The notes under the pieces: generated by a model
Told to the model about the DNA's origin: nothing
Seen by the model: the letters and a program-made list of their open reading frames with translations, nothing else
Database searches by the model: none
Assembly (NCBI GenBank): GCA_964016885.1
Contig: OZ024753.1
Span: forward strand, 13,268,001-13,332,000
Length of the DNA: 64,000 nt
Origin: Eledone cirrhosa
Lineage: Eukaryota
Reading direction: 5' to 3'
Program-made: the position numbers and the translations under genes
In this document: positions 15,225 through 33,414 of the stretch, piece after piece
Position numbering within the stretch: position 1 is the stretch's first letter
Layout of the letters: each line of letters opens with the position of its first letter

Positions 15225-15466
15225 GCTACTGTACGTCTGTATACATATATGTATGTACGTATACATACATACTTACATTTAAGTAAGTGCCATACTAAGA
15301 GTGAGAAATGAAATTTCGTTTTTCGTTTTCATTTTTTTCAACTTATCGTTTTCGGTATGCCTGACCGATTTAACTCACTCAATATGCAAATTAGGCTGCT
15401 CAGCCGTTAATTTTCATAAGGAAAGTATATACTTTCGAACGTTCAACTATCTGGCAGATGGGTAAA

Positions 15467-15507
15467 CGGTGCTGATGATAGCTAACAAGCTTGAAACAAG
15501 TACATCG
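15467..15507 (+). ncRNA. Minimal type I hammerhead ribozyme
   Basis: CGGTG-CTGATGA-T-AGCT(AACA)AGCT-T-GAAAC-AA-GTA-CATCG. Stem I CGGTG/CATCG, intact core, GUA cleavage triplet. Confidence 0.8.
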
Positions 15508-15937
15508 ATCCTGTGTCAGTGTTGAACAAAAAGGTGACGTGGTTGCCTTAACACCGTATGGCATAAATTCAGGCTGTTCAGTTTGTTGACAAACTAACAA
15601 AGCAGCGCTATAATAAGCGTCTGCTAAACTGATGCGTGCATATATGTATGTGTACCTGCATGTATGTATATATATATATATATATATATATACATGCTAC
15701 TGTACGTCTGTATACATATATGTATGTACGTATACATACATACTTACATTTAAGTAAGTGCCATACTAAGAGTGAGAAATGAAATTTCGTTTTTCGTTAT
15801 CATTTTTTTCAACTTATCGTTTTCGGTATGCCTGACCGATTTAACTCACTCAATATGCAAATTAGGCTGCTCAGCCGTTAATTTTCATAAGGAAAGTATA
15901 TACTTTCGAACGTTCAACTATCTGGCAGATGGGTAAA

Positions 15938-15978
15938 CGGTGCTGATGATAGCTAACAAGCTTGAAACAAGTACATCG
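15938..15978 (+). ncRNA. Minimal type I hammerhead ribozyme (second tandem copy)
   Basis: Identical to 15467-15507, 471 bp downstream. Confidence 0.8.
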
Positions 15979-16411
15979 ATCCTGTGTCAGTGTTGAACAA
16001 AAAGGTGACGTGGTTGCCTTAACACCGTATGGCAGAAATTCAGGCTGTTCAGTTTGTTGACAAACTAACAAAGCAGCGCTATAATAAGCGTCTGCTAAAC
16101 TGATGCGTGCATATATGTATGTGTACCTGCATGTATGTATATATATATATATATATATATACATGCTACTGTACGTCTGTATACATATATGTATGTACGT
16201 ATACATACATACTTACATTTAAGTAAGTGCCATACTAAGAGTGAGAAATGAAATTTCGTTTTTCGTTATCATTTTTTTCAACTTATATATATAAACATAT
16301 ATATATATATAGACATATATATATATATAAACACATACTTACATTTAAGTAAGTGCCATACTAAGAGTAAGAAATGAAATTTCGTTTTTCGTTATCATTT
16401 TTTTCAACTTA

Positions 16412-21515
<5,104 letters not shown>

Positions 21516-21741
21516 ATGGTGGCTGCCAACTCGTTTTCGAGTATGGCCACTACTTTATATCCATGTAGGAGAACTCCTACCGATACGCTGAACGAGTGTG
21601 ACTTTTTAGTCCAGCCAGCGACTTGAAAACTCTGGTACAAACACCACACTTGTGACAATTATTGACACATAGTGCTGGGGCCATGGTACCATGTGACGAC
21701 AAGTACAGAGATCTCCAGATATAAAGCAATGCCTGTGCCGT
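21516..21741 (-). mobile_element. 3' fragment of the RTE-derived non-autonomous element (same family as 51379-51988)
   Basis: Near-identical to 51379-51605. The minus strand carries a C2H2-like remnant ([18 protein letters not shown]) and the CTCG-AAAA-CGAG 3' hairpin. Confidence 0.85.
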
Positions 21742-22150
21742 TATTTGTTTTTATCGTCTCCGCTGAACCGGTGCGTACTCACACTCTATGCAAATTAGTC
21801 TGCCCACTACTAATTTTCATAGAAAAAGCATATAACGATATGTGCTTTTACAATTCTCCAGAAGCGCCGGTAGATAGGTAAATATTGCTGATGAGTTGTA
21901 ACAACAACGAAACTAGTTCAATATTCCTTGTCTGGCTTTTTGGAGAATAGAGGGAAGGTGTTCCCCCGAAAACCAGTATGACTCTAAAAACCCGTTTGTC
22001 TGTGTGTTTACATACAGAATAGCTGGGCTGCTCACAGTAAAGCATCCAGTGAAAGACTTGGTACACCTACATATGTATACGTGTGTGTATTCATATACAC
22101 ACTAGTATTTCAGTATGCATATGTAGATGTACATTTTTAACTTAATTGTT
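21742..22150 (+). mobile_element. Divergent monomer of the 471-bp hammerhead element family
   Basis: Shares colinear blocks with 15345-15640: TTATCGT, ACTCAC, TATGCAAATTAG.CTGC, TAATTTTCATA, GG.AGAT.GGTAAA, then the hammerhead. Confidence 0.7.
21881..21925 (+). ncRNA. Minimal type I hammerhead ribozyme
   Basis: AATATTG-CTGATGA-GTTGT(AACA)ACAAC-GAAAC-TA-GTT-CAATATT. Perfect 7-bp stem I, 5-bp stem II, palindromic stem III (AACTAGTT). Confidence 0.9.
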
Positions 22151-23200
<1,050 letters not shown>

Positions 23201-23318
23201 ATGATGGCTGCCCCCTCGTTATCGAGTATGGCCATTGCACGAGGAGAAAGAAAAAAAAAAAATAATAATAATAATAATAAATAAAAAAAATAAAATAAAA
23301 GTAAACAAAAAAAAACAA

Positions 23319-23358
<40 letters not shown>

Positions 23359-26300
23359 TAGCAACTAACAGCGCTGCGATCGAATGTGGCTTTTTAGCCC
23401 AGCCAATGATCTAAAATGTCTTGCACAGAGTCGGCAACCAAAACATTCACTGGGAATAGTCGGCTGTGCTTGGAGTTCGTGTACTTTTGCATGTCGCATG
23501 AGCCCTCCTGCTGATTTACATTCTCTACCACATCTTTGGCAAACATGATGAGTAGCATCTCCAACAGCAGCCTGGTAGTCAACCACTGATCTTACTTTAT
23601 GACTGCGAAGATGACTTTCGAGTCCAGCTTTGCTTAGGCAGAGTTTCGCACATACGCTGCATGTCAGCACCATAGGAGAACCCTCGCCGTCTGGAAGTGC
23701 AACAGCAATGCCCTTCCTCACATCCCGCTTTACTTTCTCGTATACGATTCGAGATGCCTCAAAGGCAACTTTTCCCTCATATACAGTCTTTCTCCATTTA
23801 TTACGATCAGCAGCAATATTCTCCCATGTATCAGCAGAGATGTTAGCGTCTCTCAGAGAGGCTTTCAAGGAATCCTTATACCTCTTTTTTGGTTTATGTG
23901 GCGGTCGTTTTCCTTTAACCAACTCTCCATAAAAGAGTTGTTTTGGTATTCTAGAATCCTTCATCCTGGCAAGGTGACCACTCCAACGGAGTCGTTGCTT
24001 AAGCACAAGAGCTTCTATACTGTCACACATAGAGCTTTCCATAATCTCGACCACACTGATGTGGTCCCTCCAGTGAACGCCATGGATCCGTCTGAGACAC
24101 ATCTGATGGAAACGCTCCAATTGCTTAAGGTAGTGTCGTCAGTATGTGACCCAGGTCTCGCAGGCATAAAGAAGACAAGAGAGCGCACATGCCCTGTACA
24201 CCTTTACCTTTGTCCTCCTGCATATGTCTCGCCGACCCCAGAGTCGCCTTTCTAGCTTTCCGAAAGCATCACTTGCTTTCCTAATCCTAAGTGAGATTTC
24301 ACTGTCAAGGTTGCTGTATCGATTGACAGTGCTTCCCAGGTAGACAAACTGATCAACCACTCCAAGTCGTTTTCCATACACATAGATGTTTGGTTCAGTG
24401 TACTGCTTACCAGGGGCAGGTTGGTACATGACGACGGTTTTCTTGAGACTGACAGTCAGACCTAGGGCAGAGCAAGCGTCAGAAAATGCATTTAAAATGT
24501 GCTGCATATCACTCTCTGTGTGCGCTACAATATCGCAATCATCTGCATACAAGAGGTCTCTTATGATTGATGTAAATACTTTTGTCTTCGCAGCAAAGCG
24601 CCTGATGTTAAATATGCTGCCTGAGGTTCGATATCGGATGTAAACACCATGCTCGCAATTCCTCAATGCAATACAGAAAACCATTGCAAAGTATATGGCA
24701 AACAGGGTCGGTGCTGGAATATCCCCCTGTTTCACTCCATTTTTTACTGAGATAGGCTCCGTCATGTTACCCCCGACATTAACCCAAGCCTTCATGTCGT
24801 CATGGAAAGACCTAACTAAAGCAAGGAACTTATCAGGGCAACCAAGTTTCTGGAGAACCTTCCATAATGCATCTCTGTTAACAGTATCGAAAGCTTTTGT
24901 CAGATCGACAAAAACCTGATACAGATCCAAGCCTTGTTCCATGCACTTCTCCTGGAGCTGTCCAGCTGAGAAGATCATATCAGTATACCGCGTCCAGCAC
25001 GAAAACCAGATTGACTTTCAGGAAGAACACAATCTGCAATGTGTGTCAGCAGACGGTCCAGAAGCACCCTACATAAAACTTTCCCTACGACAGAAGGCAA
25101 TGATATACCTCTGTAGTTCCCACAATCGTTCCTGTTACCCTTTCCCTTGTACAAGACCACCATTACTGCATCTCTCCAGTCCTCAGGTACGGATTCATTA
25201 GCCCATATCCTGCCAAACAAAGAGTGAAGATGTTGCAGGAGTCTCTCACCACCATATTGTAGGAGCTCAGCATGTATGCCATCCATACCTAGATATCTTC
25301 TACTGTTCAGCTTCGAAATAGCCACTGCAACCTCCACAAGCGTCGGAGGTTCGGCGAGAACTACTTTCACAGGACTTTCTGGAATGAGATTGAGGAAATC
25401 TTCACTGATGATAGACGGCTGATTCAAAAGATCATGAAAGTGCTCTCGCCACCTTCGTAGAATTCCTTGTGAGTCACGAAGCAGTTCTTTGCCATCCTTG
25501 CTGCGAAGCGGTGTCACCAGAGAAGAAGACGGTCCATAAACCTCACGCAAGAGACTGTACAACAGCTTTGTGTTAATGGAATCAGACGCAGTTTGTATCT
25601 CACCAGCCTTCTCACTCCACCACTGATCCTTCATCTGAGAAAGACTCCGCCTAACACGTGATTTTACATCCCTGAGTTCCTCATGCAACGTATTCCTCTC
25701 CTGTGGTTTTGCCGTCAAGTAGCGTGACAGAGCACGCCTCTTATCAGCCAACAAGTCTTCTATATGTACATCATTCTCATCAAACCAGTCCTGATGTTTC
25801 CTCTGCGCCAATCCCAGAACACGCCTGCCTACATCATAAACCGACTTTTTAAGGGTCGGCCAATCCTCACCAAGATCTGCAGCCTGCATCTCTTCTTCCA
25901 ATGTCCTCTTCACATTTTTATCCTTAAGACGAGCAGCATTCAATGTTTTGGGCAGGGCAACACCAGGAGCCCGGATTTGACGTTTAGTGATTAGTTTCAC
26001 TTTTGCGCGTACCAGGCGGTGGTCCGTCCAGCACTCAGCTCCACGAAGAACACGAACACACTGCACATCCTGTCTGTCACGCATCCTGACAAGAACGTAG
26101 TCCAAAAGATGCCATTCCTTAGATGCAGGATGCATCCATGTGGTCTTGAATGTGTTCTTTTGTTGGAACATGGTGCTGGTAACACAGAGATCCAGCTCCT
26201 CATACATCTGCAGCAGGAGCATACCATTGCTGTTACACTTTCCCACCCCATGCCTTCCAATTACATTCCATGTGTTAAAATCCCTACCCACTCTAGCATT

Positions 26301-27245
26301 AAAGTCACCAAGCACGATGACTTTGTCTGCCTGAGGGATATTTCTTAAAACACCTTTCAAGGCATGGTAAAAGGACACCTTTTCCTCATCGACAGAACTC
26401 ATAGTTGGAGCATACACACTCATCAGGGTAGCATATCTTCCCTTGTCCAGCGGAGCTCTCATGGACATAAGACGCTCTCATGGACATAAGACGCTCACTA
26501 ATCCCTACTGGGAATTCTTCTAATTTGTTCACAAGCACAGTCTTAACAGCAAATCCTACCCCAGCCTCTCTTCTGGTTCCTTCATCTCTTCCTTTCCAGA
26601 AGAATGTATATTCTCCACAAAATTCCGTAAGATGACCATCTCCATCTAGCCTCGTCTCAGATAAAGCCACGATGTCAAGATCGTAACGTCGAAGCTCCTT
26701 TGCAACAAGAGCGGTCCTTCGTTCAGGAGGCCCCAAGGAATCCGTGTCAAGCAGCGTCCGTACGTTCCAGCAGCCAAGACTAAATGCCTTGTTTGGCTCT
26801 ATTACAATGGCACGATGACGAGCGGGCCCAGGCTGTGATAACCTGGGGCCCCTGCCCTTATTGCCAATGATCTTTTTTGTTCCAGAACCAAAATTGCCAA
26901 TTATCTCTTTTATATTGTTCTGGAACATCATTGAATTGGGGGAAAAAAAAAAAAAAAGTAATAATAATAATAATAATAATAATAATAGTGCACTATTAAT
27001 AATTATTAATGCACTCGTGCAATGCCTGTGCGTGACGAATATTTTTAAAGTGAGGAAAGACTGTGCACTGAGCCAATCCCACTCTCTGAGCGACAGTAGC
27101 TCTAACCCGAAAAGAAGAAAAGATCAACATCATCGGTAACTACTGAGCCGCAGGTTTTATGTCGGAGTTAGCCCAGTTTCCTGAGATGCCTTCTCCTAGA
27201 AGAATGCCCTGACAAGGGCTAGGGGTTCTTCACTCCCAGTGGTTT
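23201..27245 (-). mobile_element. RTE-clade non-LTR retrotransposon, near full length but inactivated (APE endonuclease, RT, three C2H2 fingers)
   Basis: APE motifs [32 protein letters not shown] motifs FVDLTKAFDTV, GVKQG, LLYADD. C-terminal fingers end at stop 23365. Disruptions: frameshift from a 19-bp duplication (26455-26492), a frameshift near 24978 and an in-frame stop at 24139. 27040-27245 resembles the 5' UTR of the other RTE copies (CCTTCTCCTAG motif). Confidence 0.93.
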
Positions 27246-27279
27246 AACTGCGCGATCGGGCATCCAGCAAATTATTTCT

Positions 27280-28130
27280 ATGTCCCCGCGACCTCCAAAC
27301 CCCACAGTGGTGCCTGGCTCCATGCCCTGCCCTCCTTCTCCACTGGCACGCAGCTAGACAACCATAGCCTACGAATCGGTGTTTCCCTGAGGCTCGGCCT
27401 CCGGATCTGCCAGCCACACCAATGTCGCTGCGGTTCCACCGTGGACTCTTTCGGCCTCCACCCGCTTTCCTGTCTCCACAGTGCCGGCTGCATTCCACGC
27501 CATGCTGCCCTCAACGAGGTCATTAAGCATGGCTTGGACGCTGCAGGCTTCCCTTCCCAGCTCGAGCCGGTGAGGCTGGATCGAGGGGACGACAAAAGGC
27601 CAGATGGCATAACCATCTTCCCGTTCCGCGGTGGCAAACCCCTCGTCTGGGATGCCACTTGCACCGACACTTTCTGCAGTTGCAACCTGGTGCAGTCTGC
27701 GACTGACCCAGGTTCTGCTACACGTTGAGTTGAGGGGGCCAAACTCCTCAAATACCGGTCGCTCTCCGACAGGTTTGCGGTCGTTCCCCTGGCAGTAGAG
27801 ACTTCTGGTGCCCTCGGCCCCAGGGCTACCTTCTTACTCACCACCATAGGCGCTGAGCTGGCCAGCCGCAGGTGTGAGCCCCGCGAGTTGGAGTGGCTTT
27901 TCCAGCGCGTCTCCCTTGCCGTCCTCCAGGGAAACGCCTTCTCCATTCTGTCCGCCGGGGCTGTGGGTGGGCCCCATCGCGTACCAATACATTAGTTAAA
28001 TACCATTCTTTCATCTGATATATCTCTAAATAATATTTTGTACAATAATAAACGTGATCTTAGTTAAAACAATGAAATAAAAAATCAAGTCATTAGAAGT
28101 ATATTTCTAATGATTTTTTATTTCATTGTT
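27280..28130 (+). mobile_element. CRE-like non-LTR retrotransposon 3' fragment (zinc knuckle plus restriction-like endonuclease) with 3' UTR
   Basis: SGAWLHALP...CRCG...HPLSC...RHAALNEVI...KRPDGITIFPF...WDATC...VPLAVETSG...QRVSLAVLQGNA. In-frame TGA at 27726. AATAAA downstream. Confidence 0.85.
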
Positions 28131-28133
28131 TTA

Positions 28134-28161
<28 letters not shown>

Positions 28162-28164
<3 letters not shown>

Positions 28165-30357
28165 ATGGCTGCAAACTCGGCCAAGAGTATTGCAATCGCT
28201 TGTCAGATTCAGATGTGGGACGCTTGGATATGGCTTTTCAAGATCAGTGAGACGGTTTAAGAAGTTATCACCAGCACACTTGAAAATCTCGGCACTCAGT
28301 CCATCCATTCCAGGTGACTTGCCGCTGTTTAATTTGGCAATGGCCTTCGCCACCTCATCAAATGAAGGAGGATCAGCCATTGCCAGCTTTGTAGGTCTGG
28401 ATGGAATCGACCGGATGAACTCATCATCAATTTCTGATGGTCTGTTGAGAAGCTCATCAATGTGGTCATGCCACCTGATCAGGATTTCCTACGGATCTCT
28501 GAGCAATTCCTTGCCGTCCCCGGAGCGAAGTGATGATATTTGTGAACCGGTCGGACCATACACTTCCCTGAGCAGACTGTATAGGAGCTTTGTATCATGT
28601 CTATCGGAGGCCTTCCGGATTTCGTCAGCCTTTTGGCTCCACCAGGTATCCTGCATGGCTCTCAATCGATGTTGCAGACGTGCCTTGATCTGCCTGAAGG
28701 TTCGGTCACTCCCGTCAGAACGTGTCTCACACAACAATGACGTCAGCACTTTTTGTTTCTCTTCAAGCAAGGTCTGGATCACTGGATCATTTTCATCGAA
28801 CCAGTCTTCATGCTTTCTATTGGTATGACCCAAAACTCCAGCACTAACATCATAGACGATTTTCTTCAATGATTCCCAAGTGTTTTCACATTCCATGGAC
28901 TCAAGGGACCTCGACAGCTCAGTTCTGACTTTCTCTGTTTACAGACGAGACACGTTTAGTTTATTTGGAAGTGCAACCTTCTTCCCCCTTACTTTAGGCT
29001 TCACAACAAATTGAAACTTGGCGCGCACCAGACGATGATCAGTCCAACATTCCGCGCCTCGCAATACACGAACCAACGTGATATCCCTGACATCACGTCT
29101 TCTCGTTAAAACGAAGTCAATAAGGTGCCACTTCTTGGAACCTGGATGCATCCATGTTGTCTTATATTTGTCTTTCTGTTGAAAGAGCGTGTTCCCAACA
29201 AGATCCATCTCAATGCACATCTGCAACAGAAGTAGGCCATTGTTATTGCACTTACCTACTCCATGCCTGCCCATCACACTCCAAGCCTCCCAGTCATTAC
29301 CAACACGTGCATTAAAATCACCATGGATGGCCTCTCTCAAAGACATGTAAAAGTTAGTTTTTCATCATCACTAGCACACATAGTAGAAGCGTACACACTG
29401 ACCAGAGTCACAAAGCGGTTTTGAATCAGAGGGACTCTCATGGACATTATCCGATCATTGAATCCACAAGGGAGATTTTCCAGCTTTGAGACGAGTCCAT
29501 TCCTGACTGCAAATGCGACCCCTGCCTCTCTCCTACAACCCTCTGCTCCACCACTCCAATAGAAGGTATATCCTCCCTTCTGTTCTGTGAATTGACCCTC
29601 ACCTGCAAATCTCGTTTCTGAAAGAGCAACGATGTCCATGCTATAGCGATCGAGTTCCCTCGACACCAAAGCAGATCTCTCATGGCGAGTTTTACTGGAC
29701 TGGGAATCCAGTAAAGTTTTTACATTCCAGCATCCAATATTCAGAGATTTGAACCTCTTGTAGGATGACGACCGGGCCCACGCTGCGGTGCCATGGGATA
29801 CCTGCCAGGCCAGACCCCTTTACAATAGGTTCCAGAGCCCTTACTGCCATTGACTTCAGGGTTATCATCTGCCATCATAGAGTTTGGTGCACTTTTAGGC
29901 TACGGCCAGCCACACGAACCAGTAACAGATCCTGAACAAGCGAGGCCTGTGCTTTGAAGGTTTTTTTAAGTGGGGAAAGGCCTTGTACTTGACCAATCCC
30001 ACTTTCTGAGCATCGAAAACACTACCCGAAAAGGAGAACTGGTCCACATCATCGGATGCTTCCAAAGCTGCAGGTTTTTTTTCAAAGTTTGCCTCTCCTA
30101 GAAAGGTGTTCTGACAACAACAGGAGGCCCTTGACTCCCAGGTAAAAAAAAAAAAGTACTATTTGGATGGCCGTTGACTCTGCTGAGTTCCTCTGCCCTT
30201 TGCCTGGTCTTGTATTTCATCCCGCAGGGTGTCCAAATATCACCCTCCTCACCAAGCAAGCTTGGAGGGGTTGCCGGTTTAGTCACCGACGACCCGAGCA
30301 TGAGACAGGTTGTACTGGGTTACATGTTACCAGTAGCACTCGAGAGAGACCCGACAC
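28162..30357 (-). mobile_element. Second RTE-clade element with both termini and a decayed APE region, but RT deleted
   Basis: [30 protein letters not shown] and KSPGMDGLSAEIFK are present. Near 28240 the sequence jumps directly to a 3' UTR ending GCAGCCATCAT(GTAT). The 5' UTR is homologous to 51660-51988. Confidence 0.88.
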
Positions 30358-31336
30358 ATATATATATACATACACATACATACATACGTATATATATACA
30401 TATATATACACATACATACGTATATATATACATATATATACACATACATACATACGTATATATATACATACACATACATACATACGTATATATATACATA
30501 TATATACACATACATACGTATATATATACATATATATACACATACATACGTATATATATACATATATATACACATACATACATACGTATATATATACATA
30601 TATATACACATACATACATACGTATATATATACATATATATACACATACATACATACGTATATATATACATATATATACACATACATACGTATATATATA
30701 CATATATATACACATACGTTTATATACATATATATAAACGTATGTATGTGTATATATATGTATATATACGTATGTATATGTATGTGTATATATATGCACA
30801 TCCATATACATACGTATACATACGTGTATATATACATATATATACACATACATATACATACGTATATATACACATACATACACATACGTATATATACACA
30901 TACATACACATACGTATATATACACATACATACACAAACGTATATATACATATATATACACATACATATACATACATATATATACACATACATATACATA
31001 CCTATATATACATATATATACACATACGTATATATACATATATATATACACATACATATACATACGTATATATACACATACATATACATACGTATATATA
31101 CACATACATATACATACGTATATATACACATACATATACATACGTATATATACACATACATATACATACGTATATATACATATATATATATACACATATA
31201 CATACGTATATATGCATATATATACACACATACATATACATACGTATATATACATATATATATACACATACATACGTATATATACATATATATATATACA
31301 TACATACGTATATATACATATATATATATACATACA

Positions 31337-31372
<36 letters not shown>

Positions 31373-31634
31373 TACATACATATATACATATACATACATA
31401 TATACATACATATATATATTCATACATACAAGGGATGACAATTTCTTTTCTTTTACAACCTTGCCACCAGGAAGGTGGCCGGTCAAAAAAAAATATACTC
31501 GAAATTAAGAGAAAGAGAAAACATACGTATATACATATACATACGTATATACATACATATATATATTCATACATACATATATACATACATATATATATAT
31601 ACATATACATATGTACATACATATATATATATAT

Positions 31635-31705
<71 letters not shown>

Positions 31706-31999
31706 CATACATATATACATACATACATATATACATACATATATATATGCATATATATATATACATACATATATATATATACATACATATATATATATAC
31801 ATACATATATTTGCATATATATATATGCATACATATATATACATACACATATATATACATACATATATACATATATACATACATATATACACATACATAT
31901 ATATATATGCATACATATATATATATGCATACATATATATATATTCATACATATATATATATGCATACATATATATATATTCATACATATATATATATG

Positions 32000-32031
<32 letters not shown>

Positions 32032-32260
32032 CATACATATATATACATACATATATATACATATATATATACATACATACGTATACATATATATACATAC
32101 GTATACATATATAAACATACATATACATATATATATATTCATACATATACATATATATATATTCATACATATACATATATATACATTCATACATATACAT
32201 ATATATACATTCATACATATATATATACATATATATACATACATATATATGCTTACATAC

Positions 32261-32305
<45 letters not shown>
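30358..32305. repeat. TA/TACA/TACG compound microsatellite with a short unique island at about 31430-31520
   Basis: Directly visible. Confidence 0.95.
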
Positions 32306-32308
<3 letters not shown>

Positions 32309-32357
32309 AAAATGTGTGAGATCCATGATACAGTTAGGGGTATATTTGAAAAAAAGG

Positions 32358-32607
32358 AAAAGAATGACCAGTTCTAGTTCTAAACAATTTGATTTAAATT
32401 TAATTTATAACATTATAATATTATGAGTTGGTAAATCTAGTGACAGACAGTCTGTTTCTTTGTTTGTGAGCGTTTATCAAGACCACACACGCAGTTGCAT
32501 TAAGCGAGAAACAGACTGTCTGTCACTAGATCTACCAACTCATAATATATTATAATGTTATAAAATTAAATCAAATTGTTTAGAACTACAAGTGAAGTCA
32601 TTCTTTT
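32358..32607. repeat. Foldback inverted repeat (arms about 100 bp, 47-bp spacer); MITE-like or inverted pLTR
   Basis: 32358-32459 is nearly the reverse complement of 32507-32607. (TA)n follows the right arm. Confidence 0.85.
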
Positions 32608-32608
32608 G

Positions 32609-32646
<38 letters not shown>

Positions 32647-32889
32647 TAATAAAATAATGAATAAACAAAGAAACAGTTCCTTATATTAAAAAAAATTCAT
32701 CATTTTACGATCGTTTCTAGGTGTTAGAGTTGGTATGTGTTAGAGTTGGTATGCATATTCTATAGATCTATGTACAATATTTATACAAACTATCAGAGGA
32801 AATATACATACCTACACATCTTTTCATGATATCCGGATTACATTGAGTTCATACGGATTGGACACTACCGTAAACTTATGGTAGATTTA

Positions 32890-32963
<74 letters not shown>

Positions 32964-33414
32964 AACAAATAGTAGAATGGAAAAAGATTCTTTCACTAGT
33001 AAATGTTGAAGAGATTTTATTCAGTGAAATATCAAAACATTAATTTATTTACAATACCGGTTTCAGCATTGAATGCATTGTCAATTGATAATAGTAATAA
33101 TAATGATAATGAAGAAAATGAAAATAAAAAGGGGAAGAAAAAAAATGTTCACATACATGTTCATTCAGAGAAGAGAAGTCATTTCTCTGTCCATTCTACT
33201 CTACGTTTAATTAGGAATATACTCACTTATGTCCTAATGTTTGTTGAGTGAGTTGGAATTTGGACGGAGTATCGCTAAAAGCTTTCTCCGATAAAGTATT
33301 TATTTATTATATATATATATATATATATATATAACGAAGGAGTTGTGGTAAGGAACCAGATGGACCATAACGCACCAGAGTACTCAATACTTAGGGAAGT
33401 AGAGTGGGTAATAG

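Larger units (their letters stand above)
14861..16411 (+). mobile_element. Non-coding hammerhead-containing element: about 2.6 tandem 471-bp units preceded by an inverted partial copy (Penelope-pLTR/retrozyme-like)
   Basis: AAAAAGGTGACGTGG recurs at 15051, 15528 and 15999. 14861-15049 is the reverse complement of 15093-15281. Hammerheads lie at 15467 and 15938. Confidence 0.8.

Noticed and set aside
15400-16206. Repeated 66-aa and 111-aa minus-strand ORFs
   Set aside because: They are antisense readings of the non-coding 471-bp unit and are not conserved in the divergent sibling at 21742.
27244-28828. ORFs 27278-27946 (-), 27244-27498 (-) and 28190-28828 (+) as genes
   Set aside because: They are antisense shadows of the CRE-like and RTE coding sequences.
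31430-31520. Unique island inside a microsatellite as an exon or element
   Set aside because: No splice-consistent frame, motif or second copy was found in the window.
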